NCBI GenBank assembly: GCA_002269645.1
Contig: NIVC01004183.1
Coordinates: 1 to 56,312 of the forward strand
DNA from: Macrostomum lignano
Taxonomy: Eukaryota
DNA: 56,312 bases
Direction of reading: 5' to 3'
The notes below the pieces were generated by a model. That model did not search any database, was not told the origin of the DNA, and worked only from the letters and a program-made list of their open reading frames with translations. A program made the position numbers and the translations under genes. Numbering within the stretch: position 1 is the first letter of the stretch; each line of letters opens with the position of its first letter. Positions 12,544 through 24,379 of the stretch are shown piece by piece.

Positions 12544-15500
12544 TCAATTAATTTTCTGACAGACCTTGTTGACTTTCTTTCTCTTAGCCTCGACGCACTC
12601 TTCGTATCGGAGAGACAGTTGGACAGTGAAATAGGTCAATAATAGGCCCACAAACAGATGCCACCAAGGTCCTACAATGCAGTGGATCGTTGATGTAGTT
12701 GTAGATCTAATATGTTCTAGATCGCGGATCCCTTTACTCTCTAGATAGCGGCCCATGGACAGCTGAAGTAGAAGGCGGCTACACTCAAACATTTGGTCCC
12801 GATTTTTCTACGCCAATCCCTTCATTTGGAGCCAAATAGCTCCCGTTATCTCAAAAATCGACCACCAATTAGAATTTGGGGATCTCTATGGGGAGAAATG
12901 GGGATTTCATGTGATCGGAAGCCTTCCGAAACGTCTCGAAACGTCGAGTTATCCCTCCACTTCGTCGAGGTAGAAATCATCTGTCTATAATGTGTCTCCA
13001 TCAAGGCGAGGTAACACAATGAGAGCTTGGGTAGGAGGATAACAGACACATTGTTAAAAGATAACTATCGCTACAATTCTTCATACAAACAAAGAGCGTT
13101 TATCGTGGTCATCCCGTCATTTAAACATTTGAAGCTCCAAATTAAAGGATTGACATAGAGGAACCGTGACCCAATGCTTCAGGCTCCATTCTAGAGCTTT
13201 TGGTTCACATGAATCATAATTTATCCCATTTCTCCCCATAGAGATCCCCAAATGCTAAAGTGGTCGGTTTTAGGCACAACGGGAGCTACTTGGCTCCAAA
13301 TAAAGGGATTGGCGTAGACGTAGAGAAACCGGAGTAGGAATGTTTCGGGCTCCATTTTGACTCTAAGTTCACATTCCCTTTCTCATGAGAAAGCGTAGTG
13401 CTGAATTTGTGTCATGGACATGTGCTCGAGAAAATTCAGCTCATTTCTAAGAAAATCGAATTTTCAGCATCCTTCTACTTACAGTTGTCCATGTGGCGAC
13501 TATTCTCTTTTAATGCTTGTGTGACAATGAGCCGCTGCCACAGGACAACACTCGTCCATAGAAAACACAGCCAATCAAGTTGATTTTACAATGTTTCAAA
13601 TCAGGTATTACGGTTGGTTACTGCGCTTGGTGCTGACTTTTTTAATGGGATTATCCACTTGATTGGCTCGTATAAGCATTTCTAGCGCACCAATTTCACC
13701 GGGGTGGCAAAATTAGGTTTGTTGCGCAGCCTTGAGTTCGAGCTTCTACACCCGGAAAAGTTGGAATTGCAACTCACTGTAAAGCAGTAGAGGCTTGAAA
13801 ATTTCGACTATAAACAGCAGCGCAGATACGTCGCCAATTAGGAAGACAAAAATGAAGCAGGATGTCACGGCCAGATTGAAGCCGATAATGTAGGCCACCA
13901 GGCGCTGGTGGTTGGCGGGACTAACGCGGCGACTCTGAAATCGGTTAGTTTCATTTTATAATAATAATATTGCAACGATTCAAAGGTCGTAGCAACTGAA
14001 TGCTGACCAATTCGAGCTATAAATTGTGTTTTGTCTCAAGCCTCAGGTTTCACTAACTGAATTTGTTTCATCAAACGATTTGCCAGCCAGATGCACCTAA
14101 CGATAAGCTGTGTAAATCCCAAGTTCGGACGTTTAATTGAGCTGTCTTGGGGATGCTTGCTAGTTGAGGAATGCTTGCTATCTGGGGATGCTTGCTACCA
14201 GTATCTGCGGGATACTTGCTATCTGGGGTTGCTGACTCTTGGATGGGGGGTGCTTGCTATCTGGGGGATGCTTGCTGTCTCGGGGATGCCTGCTATTTGG
14301 GGGGCTTGCTATCTGGGAGGTGCTTGCTATCTGCGGGATGCTTGCTATCTGGGGGATGCTTGCTAGATCGGAACCCAACCATTCAATGGATGGAGCCATC
14401 CTAGCGGCGGGCATTATCACTGAAGACTTAATCGCTCGTGCGTTCAGAACCTTCAAGCCCTTCAAATCTCCTGGACCTGATGGTATCTACCCTGTTCTTC
14501 TTCGTGAAGCAGCCAAGATACCCTCGTTCTTGAGACTTACCCGCAATCTCATGCGGGATTCTATCCAGCTGGGATACGTTCCCAAGTGCTGGACCGAAGC
14601 TCGGGTAGTCTTCATTCCTAAACCTGGGAAGGGTGACTACCAGAGCGTCAAGGCCTTTAGGCCAATTAGCTTAACGTCAGCAATGCTTAAGCTGACTGAG
14701 AGGCTTATTCTCTGGCGGCTGCTTTCTTGCGAGCTGACAGCAATGCCTCTCAGCAATAATCAGCACTCCTTCCGTACCGGGAGGTCGACTGACAGCGCCC
14801 TGCATGCGATAGTCGAGAAGATTGAACGGGCAGTACTGGGTGACGGTTACGCCCTGGCTCTTTTTCTCGACATTGTTGGCGCCTTCGACAACGTTATCTT
14901 TGAAGCGTTTCAGAGGGCCCTTCAAAATCGCAAAGCTCACGCTACCCTCATGCGGTGGATCATGTACATGATCTCCAACCGTACGGTCACTGCCCAACTT
15001 CTTGGGCAAACTGCCTCCGCCACAGTCTGTAAGGGTGGACCCCAAGGCGGAGTCCTCACCCCGACGCTCTGGAACCTGGTCATGGACGCTCTTCTGGGTC
15101 CCGTGATCCCGTCTTCAAAGTCGGGTGTGCTGACGACGTCACTGCCATTGTGGCGGGACCGTCCCCCAGCACGCTCAGGGATCTGATGCAGAGCTTTATC
15201 TGCAAAGCAGAATCCTGGGCCAATGACAACGGTCTGGAACTCTCTGAGCCCAAAACAGTTGCCATTATGTTCACCAGCAGAATACGCTGGAACATACGTC
15301 CTCTGCAGCTTTACGGCAGAGATATTGCCTTCGCGCACCAGACTAGATGTCTCGGGGTCATACTTGACCACCGGCTCAATTGGTCCTTCCACGTGAAAGC
15401 AAAAGCCAAGCGTGTCTCAGCCATCCTGGCCCAGCTCCGACGAGCACTTGGCACTTCTTGGGGTCTTTCCCCAAAGCGGCTTTGGTGGATCTACACTTCC

Positions 15501-18500
15501 GTAGTTAGACCTGCCATTACGTACGCCTCGGTTGTCTGGGTTAGCGCTACCCAGGTCAAAATCCATGCAGATTTGCTCAACACGATCCAGGGCAGAGCGT
15601 GTAGGCTTATCTGCAAAGCCACCAGGTCCAGGCCCTTTGCCGGCATGGGGGCCTTTCTTAATCTACCGCCTCTCGACCTCTTCGTCAGGGGTGAGGCGGC
15701 TAGAACGACGCGGCGTTTACTTGATGCCGGCGTCAAATTCCTTTACATGAGGGCACCTGCTAAGCGGAACCTCGTCCCGCATAGTGACCTGTGCCTCAAC
15801 ATTCTCAACGAGTGTCAGGCCAATCGCGTCTTCACCGATGGCATTGCCTCAACGCTCAACCTGAGACAACGCTGCTCCGTAGCTATCGACTCGCGCGATA
15901 CCATCAATGACCACTGGAACCCTGGTGAGCTTCACTGCTACACCGACGGTTCTAAGCAGTCAGCCAACACCGGTTTTGGTGTTGGAATTTTCCTGAACGG
16001 GAGGGTTATCGCAACCCACGCTCAGTACACTGGGGTCAACTCCAGTGTCTTCCAAAATGAAGTTCTTGCCATCAGCTCCTGCATCGCAGAGCTCCTCGCC
16101 ACTGGCGTTACCGGTAAGAACATCCTTTTCCATTCGGACAGCCAAGCTGCCTTGCACGCCATCAGTGGCTGTAGTACCAATTCTGCTACAGTCCTCGACT
16201 GTATCAAACTCCTCAACATGTTGGGCTCCACCAACAAAATCACCCTTAAGTGGGTTCCGGGGCATGTGGGGATCCGAGGAAATGAGTTAGCTGACGCCCT
16301 TGCGGAAGTTGGCGCCTCCGGCTCCTCTCTCGGTCCCTGCCCTTGTCCCTGCCCTTGTCCCGATTCCCGGCTGTGTCTTCGACTCGCGCATCAAAACGTG
16401 GATCAGGACCCAGCACCGCTCGGTTTGGGCGAACTGCACCACCTGCAGGCAATCCAGAGGCGCTGTCCCTGAGCCCTCTCACCAGCTCCGGAAGCTCCTC
16501 TTGCGCCTCTCGCGCGGAGACATCCGGGCTGCCACCATGACCCTCTCAGGTCATGGGTGCTTCTCTATGTTGTGACTGACAATGCTTGCGCAATACTGAC
16601 CACTGACAATTAACTATTGACCTTATTGAATGCGTGGGCGTATACTGTACTCAGACTAGAATGTGTAGGTTATTGCGTATCGATTTGGCAATGCAACGTG
16701 CAAGTAGGAGTTTCATCTCTATAAATATATCGTGAGCGAGATGTGTATCTCTGAACTCAAAAGCTTCAATCAAAGAAACTCTCTGTGTTAATTAGGACAC
16801 AACAAATGGCGACGAGCGGACTCCCGTACCCAGCGGAGTTTCAACCAGTACCAGGCGAACCTCCTGTGCCATGGGCAAGGTGGATCAAGTCATTTGAGAA
16901 CTTCCTGGTAGCTGGAGCTCTCGAAGAGGCATCAGAGAGTCGGAAAAAGGCGATCCTCCTGCATCTGCTTGGTGAGGAAGGACGCCGCCGAGCTGCAAAC
17001 GTCGATGCAAGCAAGTCGCTTCAGGAGACCAAAAAGGCACTGAAGGCGATTTTCAGCTCATCGAGAAGCGTCATAGCAGAGCGCTTCGCCTTTCGGCAGC
17101 GAGCCCAGCACGACGGCGAGAGCATCGGAGACTACGTGATGGCCCTGAGAGAACTGGCAACAAACTGCAACTTTGGCACCTTTCACGACGAAATGATTCG
17201 TGGAGCTCGGATTCAAAATCTTCCAAGGTGACAACAGAGTGATGAGCATCAGCGAGACTACGATCGAGTGCGACTTCCCCGGAATCTTCGACGGTCTGGG
17301 CCGGTCCAAGAGCTTCATTCACCGGACAAAGATCGACGCCTCGGTCAAGCCAGTGTCTCAGCCAATGCGGAAGCTGCCGATCGGCCTGAAGGACGAAGTG
17401 ACGTCAGAGATCAGCCGGATGGAGCAACAGGGCATCATTGAGAAGGTCGACGCGTCCGAGTGGGTTAGCAACGTTGTCGTGACGCGCTAGAAGGAGTCCA
17501 ACAAAGTTCGTCTCTGCGTGGATCTGCGGCAGGTCAACAAGGCGGTGATCGCGGACCGCTATCCGGTACCGTCAATCGAGGACCTATTAGCCAGCATCAA
17601 CGGCTCGAAGTGCTTCAGCAAGCTGGACCTGCGTCAAGGCTACCAGCAGATTCCGCTGCATCCAGACTCTCGAGGACTGACGTGCTTCATCACCGATGCC
17701 GGCCTGTACCAGTTCACCGTGGTGCCATTCGGGCTATCCAGCTCCGGAGCTGCCTTCCAGCGAGCCCTGCAGACGGTGCTTCGAGGAGCTCCTGGCGCCA
17801 TCAACATCGTGGACGACATCCTGGTGCACGGCAAGGACGAGACTGAGCACGACAAGAACCTCCGAGAAGTCCTAGGGCGGATTCATCGCGAAGGCTTCAC
17901 ACTCAATCGAGAGAAGTGCAAATTCTGACAGGCGAGCGTGGATTTCTTCGGATTGGTCATCTCTGCAGACGGCCTCAAACCGACCAAGTCCAACGTCGAC
18001 GCAATTCTAAGAATTCCTGAGCCATCAACGGTCGCGCAAATTCAATCGTTTCTCGGGGCAGTGAACTTTTTGCACAAGTTCATACCGCATTACTCAGCAA
18101 TTGCCGAGCCTCTGAGACAACTGCTCAAAAAGGACGCGGACTGGCACTGGGGTGAGCGAGAACGTACAGCCTTCCGTACACTCAAGTCAGCCGTAACCAG
18201 CAGCCCAGTGTTAGCTCATTTTGACTGCCAAGCTGAGACGTACGTCACCTGCGATGCAAGTCTAGACGGACTGGGGGCAGTGCTCAGCCAAGTACAAAAC
18301 GGAAAAGAGGTGCCAATCGCGTTCGCATCGAGAGCACTCAGCCCAGCGGAAAAGCGATACTCAGCAGGAGAGCGAGAAGCCCTAGCCTGTGTATGGAGCA
18401 TCGAACGCTGGCACTACTATCTATACGGCAGACGAGTAACGCTGCGCACCGACCACAAGGCCCTGACAACTCTGCTCGACTCGAAAGGCATGGGGCACAG

Positions 18501-21500
18501 GCCTCTTCGCATTCATCGATGGGTCGAGAGACTTCGCGGCTACGACGTCCGGTTTGAGCACATCCCTGGCGCTGACAACAAGTGCGCGGACATGCTGTCC
18601 AGATGGGCCACGACGGAGCGCGTTCCAGCCGAGGAGACCGATGAGGAGGGCTACGTCTACGCAGTCGTCGACTCGAAGACAACGCTGACGGCAGACGCAC
18701 TGGCAACAGCGACCAAGGAGGACGAAGTGCTGCAGGCGGTTTTGCGGTACATCTCGGGCGGCTGGCCAACGAAGGTGGACAGCTCTCTAAAGCCGTACTT
18801 CAACGTCCGCGAAGAGCTGTTCTGCTGGAACAACGGTCAGTGCCTCGGCCGTGGTGAACGCGCGATCATCCCGACGAGCCTGCGACTTCAAGTCATCGAG
18901 GAGGCCCACGAAGGGCATCCGGGCGTCGTTCGGTCAAAGCAGCGGTGCCGCGACACGGTCTGGTTTCCTGGAATTGACCGGCAGGTGGAGGACTATGTCA
19001 AGAACTGCACGGCCTGCACTCTGGCGGAGAAGTCCGGCAAGCCTCAACAGACGATCGTGACACCAATCGAGTGGCCAGATGGACCGTGGGACAAGGTTGA
19101 GATCGACATCTTCGGCGAGGTCGCCGCGGCTCCTCGACACCAGCGGTTTCTACTGGTGATCCACGACCTGTACAACAAGTGGCCGGAGATTGCAGCCATG
19201 GAAACCGTCACCTCTGCCAACATCATCAAGACGCTTCGGAAGCTATTCGGCCGGTGGGGAGTCCCGAAGATGCTGATCAGCGACAACGGACCCCAGTTCG
19301 TCAGCGACGAGTTCGAAGAGTTCCTGCGAGCCGAGGGCATCAAGCACAGCCGAGTGAGCCGGTACTACCCGCAAGGCAACGGCGGAGTCGAGCGATTCAA
19401 CCGGAGTCTGAAGGAGGGCCTGGCAGCGAACCTGAGGGCGGGAGCGAAGTTCGAGGACGCCATCGACCTGGTGCTCAAGACCTACAGGACCAGCCAGCAC
19501 GCTCTCACCGGGCTGACTCCAGCCGAGCTGATGATCGGGCGCAAGCTGCGGTCCGGACTGCAGCTGCTCAGGCCAACTCCAGTGCAACAGCGGGACGACA
19601 GCGATCTGCGCGACGCTATCACTGAGAGGCAAGCCAAGAACGCCGACTACACCAACAAGCGAAGGCGGGCTCGTGACTCTATGCTCCAGGCCGGAGACTG
19701 GGTCTGGCGACAGACGCCGCACCGAGCGCACAAGCTGGCGACCCGACTGAAGGAACCGCTAAAGATCGCCTCCCGAGCAGGGCGCAACACCTTCGTGCTG
19801 TCCGACGGTACAAAGTGGCAAGCGAGTCGGCTGGTTAAGTGCAACAGCCCACCGGCTGACAACGGCGCGGCCGACCAAGAGGACGACTGGTTCGATTTGC
19901 CGCTGCCGCCGGCTCCGCCCCCACGGACGGGCGAGCCGCCACCTCCACCTGAACTTCGAAGGTCAACTCGAGCTCGACGGCAACCGGCGCGTTATCCTCT
20001 TCCGGAAGGGGGGAGAATGTTGTGACTGACAATGCTTGCGCAATACTGACCACTGACAATTAACTATTGACCTTATTGAATGCGTGGGCGTATACTGTAC
20101 TCAGACTAGAATGTGTAGGTGATTGCGCATCGATTTGGCAATGCAACGTGCAAGTAGGAGTTTCATCTCTATAAATATATCGTGAGCGAGATGTGTATCT
20201 CTGAACTCAAAAGCTTCAATCAAAGAAACTCTCTGTGTTAATTAGGACACAACACTCTAGGCACCAGTACCTGCAGGGCAATGCCACCAACGCCATCTGC
20301 AGTTTCTGTAACTCAGGTGACGAAACCGCTGAGCATTTTGTCAGCATCTGTCCCGCCTTTACGCGAGCCAGACTCACTTACCTCGGGCCACACACATCTA
20401 TTACTGAAGCGTGCAAACCCGAAAACTTTAACCAGCTCATGCGCTACCTCCGGGCCACCCGCATGGCTGAACTCTCCTTTCCAGAGAGCACCATAGCTGC
20501 TGGCGACACTGGGGGACCTCCCTGGGCGGCGCCAACACTTCGTCCATAGCGACGCGTCGGCCGTTCAGGGATTAGCGGAATGGGCGTTCGCGCCTTCCCG
20601 CTGTGTCCCCCCGGGACAGCCCTGCAGCTAAGTCAAGTAAGTCAAGGGGGATGCTTGCTATCTGCGGGATGCTTGCTATCTGGGGGATGCTTGCTATCTG
20701 CGGGATGCTTGCTATCTGGGGGATGCTTGCTATCTGCGGGATGCTTGCTATCTGGGGGATGCTTGCTATCTGCGGGATGCTTGCTATCTGGGGGATGCTT
20801 GCTATCTGGGGGATGCTTGCTATCTGCGGGATGCTTGCTATCTGGGGGTGCTTACTATCTGGGGGATGCTTGCTATCTGGGGGATGCTTGCTATCTGGGG
20901 GATGCTTGCTATCTGGGGGTGCTTACTATCTGGGGGATGCTTGCTATCTGGGGGTGCTTGCTATCTGGGGGTGCTTACTATCTGGGGGATGCTTGCTATC
21001 TGGGGGTGCTTGCTATCTGGGGGATGCTTGCTATCTGGGGTTGCTGACTCTTGGAGGGGATGCTTGCTATCTGGGGGATGCTTGCTATCTGGGGTTGCTG
21101 ACTCTTGGAGGGGATGCTTGCTATCTGGGGGATGCTTGCTATCTGGGGTTGCTGACTCTTGGATGGGGGCTGCTTGCTATCTGAGGGATGCTTGCTGTCT
21201 CGGGGATGCCTGCTATTTGGGGATGCTTGCTATCTGGGGGATGCTTGCTATCTGGGGGATGCTTGCTATCTGCGGGATGCTTGCTATCTCGGGGATGCTT
21301 GCTATCTAGGGGATGCTTGCTATCTGCGGGATGCTTGCTATCTGGGGGATGCTTGCTGTCTTGGGGATGTTTTCTATTTAGGTGGAATGCCTGCTATCTT
21401 TGTGAAAGCTTTATTTTGTTGTGTTTTGGTTAATTCTATAAAAAAAGAAATTCATAGCAAGCGTATTTGTCCGTGACAGTTTTACTTGAATGAATAAGGT

Positions 21501-24379
21501 GATTATAAAATTGAAGAAGGAATTGGTTTTTTAAGAAAATTTGCTATTTTAATTGTTTTCCTTGAATTATTTTTTCCTTGCTTATTGGGCGCCCCAAAGC
21601 CCTAGATTGCTAGTTTAATATATTTTCATACGGAATTTCGGTCGTCTGGTTTATGAGGAAATAAATCTCGGGCCACCAGAATAAGTTGAAAATTTCCATT
21701 TCCCACTGAGGGGTTTGGAAGGGCCCGTTTTCGGGCTCTTCCCACCGAGCTGTCTGTGAACCTGCTGTCTCATTGAGTGCAAGTACAAGAACTGCCCATC
21801 AGACAGGGTTCACCTAGTGGCCTTTCCGGCGAGACAGCCTGTTAGTTAGTCTTCAATGGTTAGTTATTAATAGCTAAGAGTAATTTATACTCTTGCATAC
21901 AAGTATAAAGACGAGGGAGCTAGCTATGCCTTAGTTAAGCCTGAGTATTTAGATTGAGTAAACATGCAAAACTTTGATTTGCAGTTTACAAAACAAATCC
22001 CTCTTTTGCTAAGCGCAGTGTCTGTGTAAAAGCTTAAGGATGTCGCTCACGCACAAGCCCCACCGAGAATGGTCAGGTTAGCAACCCGCTACTTTCGTCA
22101 TTCAAGAGCCAAACCTGTTGACGAATTTTGCTTTATTTAATAAGAAAAGCGGGGCTATCCTGATATACATAACATGGAAACAATTGCCACCTCACCAGCC
22201 AAGCCTTCAGCTTCCATTCGTACAGCCTGCAGGCCGCAATCTCCAGCAGTAAATGAACCGCGTTCAGCGCAGCCCAGATGCGGACGCTGGTTGAGTCGCC
22301 GTGGTAGATGGAGACAAAGGCGAAGCTGGCAGCCACAGCAGCTACCTGTCTCACAATGCCGTGCCGACTGCCTCCCATGGGGATGTAGATGTGGCTGTAC
22401 ATGAAGGAGGCCAGCCCCCTGTCGAACACGCGCCACATCTGCCTGTAAGTATAGACCCGGCTGATGCAGTCGGGCCAGTGCGGCAGCTCGACTCCGTCAA
22501 TGCTGGACACGAGACCCGGCCAGCCGTACAGCTGCACGTAGACCAGCATGAAGCTCTGGCCATGCAGGTACATTGAAAACACGAGCCGCTTGTAGGGCAC
22601 GGACTCGTAAGACCGAATGCTCTCCAGAAATGCTCCAACAGGTAGGAAATGATGCAGCACCTGAAGCAGCAGCATCCACACCAACAGGCGAGTCGCTCGC
22701 CACGCCAGCAGCAGCAGCAGGTTCGGCTTCCACACCAGCCTGTCGGGTCTCTCAGCCTCCCGACAGAAGTCAGCAAAGGTGAGGATCGGGCCGGAAAAGT
22801 GCCAGGGCAGGTAAAATCCGTAAGCCAAAGCTCGGGGAAGGTGCAGTCTAAGGAACTGGAGCAGGCTCAGCTGCTGTGCCTCATCTGCAGGTTGGCGTCT
22901 CTGGTCCCGCAGCATTTGGTTGAGGCTGAGTCCAGCGGAGATGCAGCGGCAGTACAGGTAGCCAGAGATTGGGTAGAACAGAGATTCCATGTAGCCTTTT
23001 TGACTGAGAGTGCCAGTGTCAAGAATGTCAATCCAGTGATTTGAATTCTGCAGCATCAGAGCTGCCAGTCCCAGCGCCCAAACGGCGGCCCAAGAAAAAT
23101 AAGCCAGGACGATCTCACCGCAGAACAGCAGCAGCAGGTACAGCGATTTTCTGGCGCCAATCACCAGGACTGTCGCAGCGAATGTACACCCAGCGGTTGA
23201 TAGGTAGTGAACCTGAATTCATATTTTGAGACCGTCAATATGAGAGATGAGCAGATTAGGTTATAGAGGACTACGAGAACAACAGGAGCGTTTACGATAT
23301 TTTTGCATTGTGTGGTGGACATCCAAAAACAGGGTGTAGAGCACTTGACTACGGAGTGTTGGACACTTGAGAACAGGTTTGAGGACACTTGAGAATAGGT
23401 TTGAGGACACTTGAGAACAAGTTAGAGGACACTTGAGAACAGGTTTGAGGACACTTGAGAACAGGTTTGAGGACACTTGAGAATAGGTTTGAGGACACTT
23501 GAGAACAGGTTAGAGAACACTTGAGAACAGGATAAAGGGCACTTGTGAACAGTGCAACAGCTGTACAGTCTCATTAAAAATGCTAATTAGCTCACCCATC
23601 TCGGCGCTAATCGAAGAGTCAACTGACTGACCAGCAGAAATCCGAGACAAGCGAGCAAGTAATATTTATAACCGGCCATCATTTCCGACTCCAACGGTAT
23701 CGACAGAGATTCCTGTCAATTCCAAAGTGTATATAATTGTAAGTGTCTTGGTTTATGAATATATTACAATTACTATGAAGATTTTGATTTAACAGTTGCA
23801 TTCAAACTTTTGGCATAGCAATATATTTTGCCTCACCTGCCAATCGGCAAGCCATCCAGCGGTGAGCTGCTCCGCTGGCAGAACTGCAATGAAAAGAGAA
23901 TCGCATATGTATAAATAGTTAATGCGTCACACCTCGAACTCAAACATTCATGGCTCAAATGTGAAATATGAGATTGGTCATTTTTGGTGTTTAAAATGGC
24001 GTTCATTGGAATCGAAATGTCACTCATTAGATTCGATATGGCACCTTTATATCCTATTAATCCCATACACATTTTTTATTTATAATGCTTCATCAAGCGA
24101 AAGGAAGTCAACCAATTAATTACCTAGATTTGGCTGCGACCCAATGGCCTCATAGAAGTCGTAGGCTCCGTAGATAAACGCCGCCGCAAAGAGGACGGCG
24201 TACGCCAGCGTCTCCAAACGACTGGCGCACCGCGGAACCGCCACCGACTGGCATCCTTCGTCAACTTCCTCGAAATGTTTAACCGAAGCCTTAACTGGCC
24301 ACAGAGCTGGGGAGAGCCGATTGGTGGACTTTAATCTCAACTTCTTTTGAACTTCAACTTTACTGTTGTTGCTGAACAT
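12544..24379 (-). CDS. hhat: Hedgehog acyltransferase-like MBOAT protein, copy B (~573 aa, 6 exons)
   Basis: Exons 24379-24124, 23883-23837, 23712-23596, 23212-22196, 13934-13778, 12671-12544; same exon phases and near-identical sizes to copy A (47, ~115, ~1014, 157 nt); open frame of 1722 nt; catalytic Asp and His motifs intact. Confidence 0.9.
12786..13346. mobile_element. Non-autonomous TIR/foldback element in HHAT-B intron 5
   Basis: About 120-bp imperfect inverted repeats: CTACGCCAATCCCT..TTTGGAGCCAA.TAGCTCCCGTT..TTTGGGGATCTCTATGGGGAGAAATGGG (12808-12903) versus its reverse complement at 13224-13318. No TSD found. Confidence 0.7.
14146..14365. repeat. Minisatellite, 17-bp unit GGGGATGCTTGCTATCT (left part, split by LINE insertion)
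   Basis: Same unit resumes at 20646. Confidence 0.9.
14366..20645 (+). mobile_element. 5'-truncated non-LTR retrotransposon with RT, RNase H and CCHC finger (LOA/I-group-like), interrupted by a Gypsy element
   Basis: RT motifs SPGPDG, FRPISL, FLDIVGAFD, PQGGVL; YADD is changed to CADD (15126-15137) after a frameshift near 15100. RNase H: YTDGS, EVLAI, SDSQAA, KWVPGH..GNELAD. SGH..RHQ..C..C..ET.EH....C reassembles across the Gypsy insertion. 15-bp TSD GGGGGATGCTTGCTA at 14351-14365 and 20646-20660 (ambiguous within the repeat). Confidence 0.92.
16568..20254 (+). mobile_element. Ty3/Gypsy LTR retrotransposon (Mag-like), defective
   Basis: 237-bp LTRs at 16568-16804 and 20018-20254 with 2 mismatches; TGTTGTG..CACAACA termini; 5-bp TSD CTCTA; PBS TGGCGACGAG (tRNA-Ser-like) overlapping the gag ATG; PPT GAAGGGGGGAGAA. 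Domain order gag-RT-RNaseH-integrase (HHCC, D-D-E). Stops at 17488 and 17926, and a gag/protease deletion near 17199. Confidence 0.97.
20646..21400. repeat. Minisatellite, 17-bp unit GGGGATGCTTGCTATCT (right part)
   Basis: About 40 copies; contains variant blocks (GTTGCTGACTCTTGGA) also present left of the LINE. Confidence 0.92.
23355..23545. repeat. Minisatellite, 22-bp unit TTGAGGACACTTGAGAACAGGT, in HHAT-B intron 3
   Basis: About 8 visible copies. Confidence 0.9.

Noticed and set aside
14091-14400. Cys/Leu/Gly repeat ORFs (GCLLS, DACYL), also at 20580-21476
   Set aside because: Translations of the 17-bp minisatellite in an intron.
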